Below are positions 49,060 through 57,666 of a DNA stretch of 64,000 bases, in pieces. Source of the DNA: Gemmatimonadaceae bacterium (GTDB lineage Bacteria > Gemmatimonadota > Gemmatimonadetes > Gemmatimonadales > Gemmatimonadaceae); the NCBI GenBank assembly GCA_025931335.1, contig JAICNG010000003.1, forward strand, positions 5,307 to 69,306, written 5' to 3'. Position 1 is the stretch's first letter. Each line of letters opens with the position of its first letter. The position numbers were made by a program, and so were the translations under genes. The notes beneath the pieces are model-generated. The model had not been told where the DNA came from. It did no database searches and worked only from the letters and a program-made list of their open reading frames with translations.

Positions 49060-50521
49060 GGCCGCGAGCGTCGCGCTCTCACCGGCGCTGGAGCGCGCCG
49101 CCAGCCGCCTGGCGTCGATCGTCGGGCCGCGCGCCATCCTCTCGCGACCCAGCGAGCTCGTTACGTACAGCGCCGACGGGCTGCCCTTCTATCGCAAGCG
49201 CCCGGCGCTGGCGGTGTTTCCCGAGACGCGGGAGCAGCTCATCGCCGTCGTGCGGGCGCTGGCGGAGGAGCGCGTACCCTTCGTGCCTCGCGGCGCGGGG
49301 ACGGGACTCTCCGGTGGCGCGCTCGCCGAGAACGACGCCGTGGTCATCGGCCTCAATCGGCTGCGTCGCATCATCTCGATCGACCCGGAGAATCGGCGCG
49401 CCGTGGTGGAGCCGGGAGCGGTGAATGCCGGGCTCACGCGCGCGGCGAGCGAGTACGGGCTGCACTATGCGCCGGATCCCTCGAGCCAGACCGCCTGCAC
49501 CATCGGCGGCAACGTGGCCGAGAATGCCGGCGGCCCACACTGCCTCAAGTATGGCGTGACGCTCAACCACGTCATCGCGCTGACGGTGATTCTCCCCGAT
49601 GGCGAGCTCGTGTCGTTAGGCTCGACCGAGGGCGAGCGCGATGGATACGATCTACTCGGTGCCTTCGTCGGCTCGGAAGGGTGCTTCGGCGTGGCCGTCG
49701 ACGTCACCGTTCGGCTGGTGAAGAACCCCGAGTCGGTGCGCACGCTTCTGGCCGACTACACCGCGATCGTCGACGCCGCCCGCGCCGTCTCGGCGATCAT
49801 TGCGTCCGGTGTCGTCCCGGCGGCGATGGAGATGATGGACGGCCCCACCATTCGGGCCGTCGAGGCGTCGATCTACGCCGCGGGGTATCCCGTGGATGCC
49901 GACGCCGTGCTGCTCGTCGAGCTCGACGGGCTCGCCGCCGGACTCGAGGAGGATGTCGCGCTCGTCGAGCGACTCTGTCGCGAGGCGGGCGCGCGCTCGG
50001 TGCGCGTCGCGCGGGACGAGGCCGAGCGCGCGCGTCTCTGGCAGGGGAGAAAGAAAGCGTTCGGGGCGATGGGACGCATTTCCCCCGATCTCGTCGTGCA
50101 GGACGCGGTGGTCCCGCGCACGCGTCTTCCCGACGTCCTGGCCGAGATTCATCGCATTGCCCAGGAGACCGGTGTGCTCGTGTGCAACGTCTTCCACGCC
50201 GGCGACGGAAACCTCCACCCGAACATCGCCTACGACGCGCGGAACCCGGAGGCGACCGCCCGCGTCCATCACGCCATGCGCGCGATCATGAACGCGTGCA
50301 TCGCCGCGGGCGGCACGATCACCGGCGAGCACGGCGTCGGACTCGACAAGCTCGACTACATGCCGCTCGTCTTCACCGACGACACGCTCGACGCCATGTG
50401 CCGGCTGCGCGATGTCTTCGATCCCGAGCGCCGGGCCAATCCCGGGAAGGTCGTGCCGGTACGATCGTGCCGGGAATGGCGAATGGCGCCCAACACGCGG
50501 CGCGGCGAGCTGCCGGCGTGA
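49031..50521 (+). CDS. glcD: Glycolate oxidase subunit GlcD (FAD-linked oxidase)
   Basis: ATG at 49031 inside ORF 48728..50521. FVPRGAGTGLSGGA, a PCMH FAD domain, and GEHGVGLDK at the C-terminus. Confidence 0.85.
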   Translation: MAMAALPISEAASVALSPALERAASRLASIVGPRAILSRPSELVTYSADGLPFYRKRPALAVFPETREQLIAVVRALAEERVPFVPRGAGTGLSGGALAENDAVVIGLNRLRRIISIDPENRRAVVEPGAVNAGLTRAASEYGLHYAPDPSSQTACTIGGNVAENAGGPHCLKYGVTLNHVIALTVILPDGELVSLGSTEGERDGYDLLGAFVGSEGCFGVAVDVTVRLVKNPESVRTLLADYTAIVDAARAVSAIIASGVVPAAMEMMDGPTIRAVEASIYAAGYPVDADAVLLVELDGLAAGLEEDVALVERLCREAGARSVRVARDEAERARLWQGRKKAFGAMGRISPDLVVQDAVVPRTRLPDVLAEIHRIAQETGVLVCNVFHAGDGNLHPNIAYDARNPEATARVHHAMRAIMNACIAAGGTITGEHGVGLDKLDYMPLVFTDDTLDAMCRLRDVFDPERRANPGKVVPVRSCREWRMAPNTRRGELPA

Positions 50522-51642
50522 CATCGAGCGACGTGCGCGATGCCGTTCGCGATGCGACAGCCGCTCGAGCGCCGCTGCGGATCGCCGGGCGGGGAACGTG
50601 GCTGCACGCGGGGCGACCGGTGAACGCCACGCGCACGCTGTCGCTGTCGGATCTGGGTGGCGTCGTGCATTACGAGCCCGGCGACTTCACGCTGACGGCC
50701 CGCGCGGGGACGACGCTCGGCGAGCTGACGAGCGCAACGCTCCCTCATCGACAGTTCCTCGCGCTCGACCCGTTCGGCGATCCGAGCGGCACGCTCGGCG
50801 CGACGGTGGCGACCGCCGCCAGCGGACCGCTGGCGTACGCGTTTGGTGGTCCGCGCGACAACGTGATCGGCCTCGAGGTCGTCACCGGCGACGGCGCGAT
50901 CGTGCGCTGCGGAGGGCGCGTGGTGAAGAACGTCGCCGGCTTCGACCTCACGCGACTCTTCACCGGCGCCTGGGGGACGCTCGGCGTCATCACCGAGGTG
51001 AGCGTACGACTCCGCGCGCTTCCCGCGGTCGATGAGACGTACGCCATGGCGGTGGATGACCGGCCCGACCAGTTGAGCGCCCTGATCGCCGCGCTCCGGG
51101 TAGCCTCGATCGCACCGCTCGCGATGGACCTGGCCTCGCCCCTCCTCGCCTCACGAGTGGGCGCAGGAAGCACGACCACCCTGCTCGTGCGGCTGGCCGG
51201 CAATGCGGCCTCGGTTCGCGCGCAGCGACGCGTCCTCGACACCTTTGGGGACGTTCACGACATGCCGGTCGATGTCTGGAACATCGTCCGCACCGCCGAG
51301 CCGGCGAGCGCGATCGTCGCGCGGCTGTCGGCGCGGCCTTCGCGGATGGCGAGCGTCTGGACGGACGCTCGTGAGGCGATGGCGGGAGTGCCCGGGGCGA
51401 TGATGATCGCGTCGGTGGGGCGCGGCATTGCTCGCTGCGTACTCCCCGAGACCACGCCGGACGCCGCGCGCCGACTCGCGCGGTGCGACGCCACCGTGAT
51501 CTTCGAGCAGCTTCCGGCTGCGCTGTGGAAGGAGATCGCGCCCTCTCCGGTGAGCGATCGACTGTCGCGCGACATCAGGGAGCGCTTCGATCCCGCACAC
51601 GTCCTCAACCCGGGCGTGCTCGGCGAGGCCGTCGCGCCATGA
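50518..51642 (+). CDS. glcE: Glycolate oxidase FAD-binding subunit GlcE
   Basis: The GTG at 50518 overlaps the glcD stop (GTGA). VKNVAGFDLTRLFTGAWGTLGVITEV, and its position between glcD and glcF. Confidence 0.8.
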   Translation: MTSSDVRDAVRDATAARAPLRIAGRGTWLHAGRPVNATRTLSLSDLGGVVHYEPGDFTLTARAGTTLGELTSATLPHRQFLALDPFGDPSGTLGATVATAASGPLAYAFGGPRDNVIGLEVVTGDGAIVRCGGRVVKNVAGFDLTRLFTGAWGTLGVITEVSVRLRALPAVDETYAMAVDDRPDQLSALIAALRVASIAPLAMDLASPLLASRVGAGSTTTLLVRLAGNAASVRAQRRVLDTFGDVHDMPVDVWNIVRTAEPASAIVARLSARPSRMASVWTDAREAMAGVPGAMMIASVGRGIARCVLPETTPDAARRLARCDATVIFEQLPAALWKEIAPSPVSDRLSRDIRERFDPAHVLNPGVLGEAVAP

Positions 51643-52925
51643 CGGCCGCCGTCGGACCCACCTGCGCACTCCCCGACACGCCGCTGGCGGCCGCCGTTCC
51701 CGGGATCATGACGTGCGTGCATTGCGGATTCTGTCTGCAAGCCTGCCCGACGTACCTCGCGCTCGGCGACGAGAACGATTCCCCGCGAGGCCGCATTCTG
51801 CTCATGCGCTCGCTCGTCGAAGGCACGCTCGGCATCGACGATCCGGACGTTCACACGCACATCGATCAGTGTCTCGGCTGTCGCGGATGCGAGACCGCAT
51901 GCCCGTCGGGCGTACCGTACGGGCATCTGCTCGAGGCGACGCGCGCCACGATCGCGCTGGCGCGGCCGCTGCCGCTCGTCGCGCGTCTCATCCTGCGCAC
52001 CTTCGAGCGCCCGCACCTCCTCGCGGCGATGCTCGCGGGAGCGCGGCTGCTTCGCGCGACACGTCTGCCGCGTTTGCTCGGCCGTCTTCCCGGGCGGCTT
52101 GGTTTCGCGATGGCAATGTTGGCGGCAACGGAAGGGCGCGTCCCACATCGTCCCTACACACGGCGCGGAACGGGAGCGCGCGGCGCGACCGCCGTCTTGC
52201 GGGGGTGCGTCATGCGCGGCCTCTACGCCGAGACGAATCGCGCAACCGAGCGCACGCTGCGCGCGAACGACTACGAGGTGGTCGATGTCGCCGGTCAGCA
52301 ATGCTGCGGCGCGTTGCACGCGCACGCTGGCGATCTCGAGGGAGCGCGCCGTCTCGCGCGCGTGAACATCGCCGCGTTCGAACGCTCCGCTCTGTCGTTC
52401 ATTGCCGTGAACGCGGCGGGATGCGGCGCGATGATGAAGGAGTACGGTCATCTCCTCGCATCGGATCCCCTGTGGGCGGAGCGGGCGGCGGCAGTGAGCG
52501 CGAAGGTGCGCGACGCCACCGAGCTCCTCGCCGACGCCGGCCCCGCGCGCGGCGCTTCACTGCCGCTCGCCATCACGTACGACGCGCCCTGCCATCTGCT
52601 GCACGCACAGCGGCTCGTGCGGCCGCCGCTCGCGGTGCTCGGCGCGATCCCGGACCTCGAGATCGTTCCCTTGACCGACACCGACCAATGCTGCGGTGCG
52701 GCCGGCATCTACAATCTTCTGGAGCCCGAGGTTTCGGGCCTCGTTCTGACGCCGAAGCTCGCGAACATCTCGGCCACCGGGGCGGAGTTGGTCGCCACCG
52801 GCAACCCGGGCTGCCAGATGCAGATCGGCGCGGGGATGCTGCGCACCCGAACAGGGCGCGGCACCGTGCATCCCATCGATCTGCTCGACGCCTCCTATTC
52901 GCGCGCCGAGCGCTCGCCCACGTAG
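51639..52925 (+). CDS. glcF: Glycolate oxidase iron-sulfur subunit GlcF
   Basis: The ATG at 51639 overlaps the glcE stop (ATGA). CVHCGFCLQACPTY and CLGCRGCETACPSG clusters, and two CCG domains. Confidence 0.85.
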   Translation: MTAAVGPTCALPDTPLAAAVPGIMTCVHCGFCLQACPTYLALGDENDSPRGRILLMRSLVEGTLGIDDPDVHTHIDQCLGCRGCETACPSGVPYGHLLEATRATIALARPLPLVARLILRTFERPHLLAAMLAGARLLRATRLPRLLGRLPGRLGFAMAMLAATEGRVPHRPYTRRGTGARGATAVLRGCVMRGLYAETNRATERTLRANDYEVVDVAGQQCCGALHAHAGDLEGARRLARVNIAAFERSALSFIAVNAAGCGAMMKEYGHLLASDPLWAERAAAVSAKVRDATELLADAGPARGASLPLAITYDAPCHLLHAQRLVRPPLAVLGAIPDLEIVPLTDTDQCCGAAGIYNLLEPEVSGLVLTPKLANISATGAELVATGNPGCQMQIGAGMLRTRTGRGTVHPIDLLDASYSRAERSPT

Positions 52926-52984
52926 TTACTTTCCGGTAGATTGCGGACGGAAGCGGCACTGAGGCCCAGCGGTTCGATGAGAGC

Positions 52985-54058
52985 ATGACGACACCAGTCA
53001 CAGGCGGAGCGGCGACGGCGGACGTCGGCGGGCGTACCGTCGTCCTGCATTACGGCGACGCGGCGGAGGAGTATGCGGCGCTGCGCTCGGGCGCGATGCT
53101 CGTCGACCGCAGCGCGCGCGGTCGCCTGCGCATCCACGGGCCAAAGGCGGGCGAGCTCGTCACCGGGCTCGTGACGAACGACGTGAGCGCGCTCTCGCCC
53201 GGTCAGGGCTGCTATGCCGCCGCGCTCACCCCGAAGGGGAAGATCGTCGCCGACCTTCGCATCTTCGCGCTGCGCGATGCGCTGCTGATCGATTCGCCGC
53301 CGCGTGCGCGCGAGGGGTGGCTGGCGATGGTGCGCAAGTACATCAACCCGCGCGTCGCGCGCTTCGACGATGAATCGGCGTCGACGCGTCAGCTCGGCAT
53401 CTTCGGCGCGCGCGCACGTCTGGCCCTGGCCACGGCAACCGGACTCGACCCCGAGCTGCTCGGCGCGCTGCCGCGGTATGGTCACGTCGCGCTGGACCTT
53501 CCGGCGGGCGCGATCATCGCGCGCGTGCCCGACCTCGAGCTCGAGGGATACGAGATCATCGTGCCCGAGTCCGCGTTCGAGCCGCTCTGGGAGCGGTTGC
53601 TCACCGAGGGCGCGACGCCGGCGGGGCTCGCCGCGTGGGACATCGCGCGCATCGAGGCTGGCCGTCCCGAGTGGGGGATCGACATCGACGACACGACCAT
53701 CCCACAGGAAGCCAACTTCGACGAGCTGCACGCCATCTCGTACACGAAAGGATGCTACGTGGGTCAGGAGACGGTGGCGCGCGTTCACTTTCGCGGACAC
53801 GTGAACCGCGTGCTGCGCGGGCTGATGGTGCCGCAAGGACCGGTGGTCCGAGGCGCTACGCTGGCCGACGCGCAGGGAAAGCCAGTCGGCGACGTGCGAA
53901 GCACCGCGATCTCCCCGCGGCTCGGCGCGATCGCGCTCGCCATGGTCCGTCGTGAGATCGAGCCCGGCACGACGGTGGACGTCATCTTCCAATCCGACAC
54001 GGTGGAGCGGGACGCCGTTCCCGCGCAGGTGGTTCGCCTCCCCTTCCCCATCGCGTGA
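52985..54058 (+). CDS. ygfZ: YgfZ-type folate-binding protein (GcvT fold)
   Basis: The KGCYVGQETVARV signature and a GcvT-like N-terminal region. Confidence 0.75.
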   Translation: MTTPVTGGAATADVGGRTVVLHYGDAAEEYAALRSGAMLVDRSARGRLRIHGPKAGELVTGLVTNDVSALSPGQGCYAAALTPKGKIVADLRIFALRDALLIDSPPRAREGWLAMVRKYINPRVARFDDESASTRQLGIFGARARLALATATGLDPELLGALPRYGHVALDLPAGAIIARVPDLELEGYEIIVPESAFEPLWERLLTEGATPAGLAAWDIARIEAGRPEWGIDIDDTTIPQEANFDELHAISYTKGCYVGQETVARVHFRGHVNRVLRGLMVPQGPVVRGATLADAQGKPVGDVRSTAISPRLGAIALAMVRREIEPGTTVDVIFQSDTVERDAVPAQVVRLPFPIA

Positions 54059-55059
54059 GGCGGGCGCTCGTCACCGGAGCCACGGGACTCGTCGGTTCGT
54101 ACCTCGTCGAGCGTCTCACCGCCGATGGCTGGCGCGTTCGCGCACTCGTGCGTAATGCCGCAGGCGCCGCCTGGCTCCAGCCGTTAGGCGCCGAGCTGAT
54201 CGTGGGGGACGTGCTCGACGCGGCGGCCTTCCACCGCGCGGCCGCCTCGTGCGAAGCCCTCTTTCATTGCGCGGCCGCCATCCTGCCCGAGCGCGCCGAG
54301 TGGGAAGCCTATCGCGCGACGAATCTGGATGGGACCGCGAACGCGATCGCCGCGGCGCGCGCATCGGGTGCGCGCCTTCTTCAGGTGTCGAGCGTCGCGG
54401 TGTACGGCGGCGCGAGCCGCTACCGAGACACGCCCACCGACGAAAGCGTCGAGCTCCCTCCGCTCCCCGAGACGGCGTTCTACGCCCGCTCCAAGCGGGA
54501 GTCGGAAGCGATGGTGCTCGATGCGCACCGGCGCGGGGAGATCTGGGGCTGCGCGGTGCGACCCGACGTGGTCTATGGCAGGCGTGACCGACAGTTCACC
54601 CCGCGCATCGCCAGGGTGTTGTCGCGCGGGTTCTTCCCATTGCTCGGCGGCGGCCGCTCGACGCTCCCCATCGTCCACGCCGGGAACGTGGCCGATGGCG
54701 CGATCCGCGCCGTGCTCACGGATGGCGCTGGGGGGAAGGCATACAACCTCGCGAACGATTACGATGTGACGGTGCGCGACTTCATCCGTCTCGCGGGACA
54801 GGGACTGCGCCGCCGAGTTCGCCCCATTCCGATTCCCATGCCTCTGGCGAAAACCGTGTTCAAGCTCGTGACGCTCGTCGTCGGCCTGGCCCGGCGCGGC
54901 GCTCCGCTTACCCAGGCGGGAGGTGCCGTGGCGTTTCTCTCGCGGAACAACCCCTTCTCGTCCGACCGCGCAAAGCGCGAGCTCGGCTGGGCGCCGCCGG
55001 TGCGCCCCGAGATCGGCATCCCCGAGGCGTTCCGGTGGTGGGCGGACCAGCGCGCGTGA
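54055..55059 (+). CDS. NAD-dependent epimerase/dehydratase (extended SDR)
   Basis: The GTG overlaps the ygfZ stop (GTGA). VTGATGLVGSYL motif and YARSK catalytic pair. Confidence 0.8.
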   Translation: MRRALVTGATGLVGSYLVERLTADGWRVRALVRNAAGAAWLQPLGAELIVGDVLDAAAFHRAAASCEALFHCAAAILPERAEWEAYRATNLDGTANAIAAARASGARLLQVSSVAVYGGASRYRDTPTDESVELPPLPETAFYARSKRESEAMVLDAHRRGEIWGCAVRPDVVYGRRDRQFTPRIARVLSRGFFPLLGGGRSTLPIVHAGNVADGAIRAVLTDGAGGKAYNLANDYDVTVRDFIRLAGQGLRRRVRPIPIPMPLAKTVFKLVTLVVGLARRGAPLTQAGGAVAFLSRNNPFSSDRAKRELGWAPPVRPEIGIPEAFRWWADQRA

Positions 55060-55646
55060 TCACGAGCACGACCGTCGAGCGCACGGCGCTCAAGGAGTGG
55101 GCGGTGCTCTGCGACGCGATGGCGCGCGGGGACATTATCGCCATGGTGCGCAAGGGAGGCATTCGCGAGCAGCGCGCCGGCTTCGCAGTGCGCCACGATC
55201 GCTTTCTGCTTTATCCGACGTTCTTCCACGCGCGCGACGCCGAGCTCGCCCCGCGCTTTCGGGCAATGCTCGGGAGCACCCACGCCACGCAGCCGCCGTC
55301 AGGAATCGTGAGGCTCACGCTGCTGGCCGACGTCGCCGCCGTGTGGCAGGTCAAGGATCTCGACGCGCTGCGCGGCATCGAAGGCGATCACGGACTGGCG
55401 TGGACGGCGGTCGAGTCGCGCTTCCACTACCGTGGTGTGCCGGAAGTGCAGGTCGTCGCCGTCCGTGTGTCTCGCCTGCCGGCGGCGGCCGAGCTACCAG
55501 AGGTCAGGCGTTATGCCGGGTGCGTTTCGTGGGTGGAGCTGGACAGCGATGTCGACGTCAGTGGCGCGTGTCCCGTAATCGACGATGCGCACTTCACCCA
55601 GCGACTCGCGCGGATGCGCACCGCACTCGGCGAGGCGGCTGCGTGA
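55056..55646 (+). CDS. DUF1802-like protein
   Basis: The GTG at 55056 overlaps the upstream stop (GTGA). LKEWAVLCDAMARGDIIAMVRKGGI...FLLYPTFFH; family assigned from memory. Confidence 0.6.
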   Translation: MITSTTVERTALKEWAVLCDAMARGDIIAMVRKGGIREQRAGFAVRHDRFLLYPTFFHARDAELAPRFRAMLGSTHATQPPSGIVRLTLLADVAAVWQVKDLDALRGIEGDHGLAWTAVESRFHYRGVPEVQVVAVRVSRLPAAAELPEVRRYAGCVSWVELDSDVDVSGACPVIDDAHFTQRLARMRTALGEAAA

Positions 55647-55710
55647 GCCGCCTGATGCACGAAGGGCGCGACTCGACGAGTCGCGCCCTCGCTGTCCGAG
55701 TCGCGAGCGA

Positions 55711-55878
55711 TCAGGGGTTGCGCATCGTCGTGTCGCGCATCGTCGTGTCACGCATCATCGTGTCCGCGGGGGCGGGGGCGGGCGCGACCTGCGTGGTCGT
55801 ATCGGCGGTGTTGTCCGCGTCATTCGCCTTGCAGGCGGTGATGACAACCAGTGCGGCAACGAGGGCCAGGCGCTTCAT
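55711..55878 (-). CDS. Small lipoprotein (55 aa) with a triple DT(T/M)MR repeat; not in the ORF track
   Basis: My translation is MKRLALVAALVVITACKANDADNTADTTTQVAPAPAPADTMMRDTTMRDTTMRNP. AAGGAG Shine-Dalgarno 7 nt upstream and a lipobox VITAC. Confidence 0.6.
   Translation of the reverse strand: MKRLALVAALVVITACKANDADNTADTTTQVAPAPAPADTMMRDTTMRDTTMRNP
55720..55765. repeat. 15-nt tandem repeat x3 inside the small lipoprotein gene
   Basis: gcgcatcgtcgtgtc / gcgcatcgtcgtgtca / cgcatcatcgtgtcc. This encodes the DT(T/M)MR repeats on the minus strand. Confidence 0.7.
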
Positions 55879-56049
55879 TTACGCTCTCCTTGTGGGGGGC
55901 CTTGAGGCTTGGTGTTCGTCCGGCCCGCGCTTGGCGATGCTCGGAGCGAGCGGCAAGTATTCTACGATGCCCAGACGCAGTGTCAAGAGCGAAGAAGCGT
56001 ACCGAAGCGTAAGGAACGCAAGGATTTCGGAGCAGAACGGAGGTCGACG

Positions 56050-57528
56050 GTGCGCCTGAGCGCGCTCGCCGGCGCCCTCGGCGTCCCGCTGTCGGGGGAA
56101 GACCGGGAGATCACGGGCATAACGCTCGATTCCCGCCAAGTGCAGCCCGGTCAACTCTTTGTCGCCATTCCCGGCGCCAACGCCGATGGAACGCGCTTCA
56201 TCCCCGATGCCCTCGAGCGCGGCGCCGTCGCCGTCTGCGCCGTCCGAGCCTGGGACGGAGTGCCCTCACTGGTCGTCGACGACCCGCGTGAGGCGCTCGC
56301 CAGGCTCGCGAGCGAGTTCCACGGTCACCCCGCGCGCGAGGTGCGCATGATCGGGATCACCGGATCGCTCGGAAAGACGTCGACCGCATTGCTGCTCGAG
56401 ACGATCATCGGCGCGGCCGGCGAGAAGGTGGGGGTGATCGGATCGCTAGGCATCCGGTTCGAGGGACACGTCGTCGAGACGGGGATGACGACACCGGAGG
56501 CGCCGGCCATTCACGGCTCGTTGCGCTACTTCGCGGCGCAGGGCGCCGGCACGGCCGTCATGGAGGTGACGTCACACTCCATCCTGCTCAAGCGCGTCGA
56601 CGGCCTCCAGTACGATCTCGGCTTGCTCACGAACATCGTGCCTTACGAGCACCTCGAGTTTCACCCCACCCCCGAGCACTACGTCCGCACGAAGACCCGC
56701 TTCTTCGGCATGCTCAAGCCGGGCGCGCCGCTGGTCGTCAACGACGATGATCCCACGGCGCGACAGGTGAGCACCGGACTGGATCGTCCGGTGATCGGCG
56801 TGTCGCTGCGCACGCGCGAGACGGCGGCGGTGCACGTGCAGCGCGTGCTGATGGGAGTGGAAGGCTCGACGTTCGCGCTCCACGTCCGGCGCCCGCTCCC
56901 GCTGCTCGACGGCGGCGAGGTGACGCCGATGACGATCCCGCTGGCGCTTCCCATCCTCGGGCGACAGCAGGTGGCCAATGCCGCGCTCGCGGCGACGGCG
57001 GCGCTCATCGCGGGCATTCCGGCGGAGACGATCGCATTCGCGCTCGCGGACGTCGAGCCGATGCACCGCCGCATGCACATCCTCTACGAGGAGGGGCCCG
57101 TGCTTCTCGACGACACCGTCGGGAACCCGGAGAGCATCCGCGCCGTCTTCGAGGCCATTCGGTCGATCCCGCACCACAATCTGCGCGTCGCGTACGCGAT
57201 TCGCGGATCGCGCGGCGTCGAGGTCAACGAGCGGAACGCCGAAGCGCTCGCGCGCGAGCTGGAGCCGATGGTTGCGACGCTGATCGTGACGGCGAGCGAC
57301 GACCACGCGAGCGAGCGGGACCGCGTGGAGGACGAGGAGCGGGATGCGGTGCTGCGCACGCTCGAGGCGACGGGCGTGCCGTTCATCTACGAGCCGACGC
57401 TCGAGCGGGCGGTGACGCGGGCGATCGAGGGCGCGGCGAGGGGAGATCTGGTCGCGCTTCTGGGGGCCCAGGGGATGGACAAGGGCGGCGAGATCGCGCG
57501 CCGGCTGCTGCCGGCTCCGAGAGTATAG
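56050..57528 (+). CDS. Mur ligase family protein, MurE-like but divergent
   Basis: GTG at 56050 inside ORF 55909..57528. GITGSLGKTST P-loop, MEVTSHS and TNIVPYEHLEFH. The C-terminal domain lacks the canonical DNPR motif. Confidence 0.7.
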   Translation: MRLSALAGALGVPLSGEDREITGITLDSRQVQPGQLFVAIPGANADGTRFIPDALERGAVAVCAVRAWDGVPSLVVDDPREALARLASEFHGHPAREVRMIGITGSLGKTSTALLLETIIGAAGEKVGVIGSLGIRFEGHVVETGMTTPEAPAIHGSLRYFAAQGAGTAVMEVTSHSILLKRVDGLQYDLGLLTNIVPYEHLEFHPTPEHYVRTKTRFFGMLKPGAPLVVNDDDPTARQVSTGLDRPVIGVSLRTRETAAVHVQRVLMGVEGSTFALHVRRPLPLLDGGEVTPMTIPLALPILGRQQVANAALAATAALIAGIPAETIAFALADVEPMHRRMHILYEEGPVLLDDTVGNPESIRAVFEAIRSIPHHNLRVAYAIRGSRGVEVNERNAEALARELEPMVATLIVTASDDHASERDRVEDEERDAVLRTLEATGVPFIYEPTLERAVTRAIEGAARGDLVALLGAQGMDKGGEIARRLLPAPRV

Positions 57529-57529
57529 A

Positions 57530-57650
57530 GGGGTCAGGAGTCAGGAGTCAGGAGGCAGGGAGTGTCAGGGAGAAGGTTGCAGGCGCGAGCCGGTCTCCTC
57601 GAACCTGCAACCTGTCCCCCCCTGCCTCCTGACTCCTGACTCCCGACCCC
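57530..57650. repeat. Palindrome with (TCAGGAG)n arms; family C copy 2
   Basis: ggggtcaggagtcaggagtcaggaggcagggagtgtcagggag / aaggttgcaggcgcgagccggtctcctcgaacctgcaacct / gtcccccctgcctcctgactcctgactcccgacccc. Confidence 0.9.
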
Positions 57651-57666
57651 TATATTGTTAGGAACC

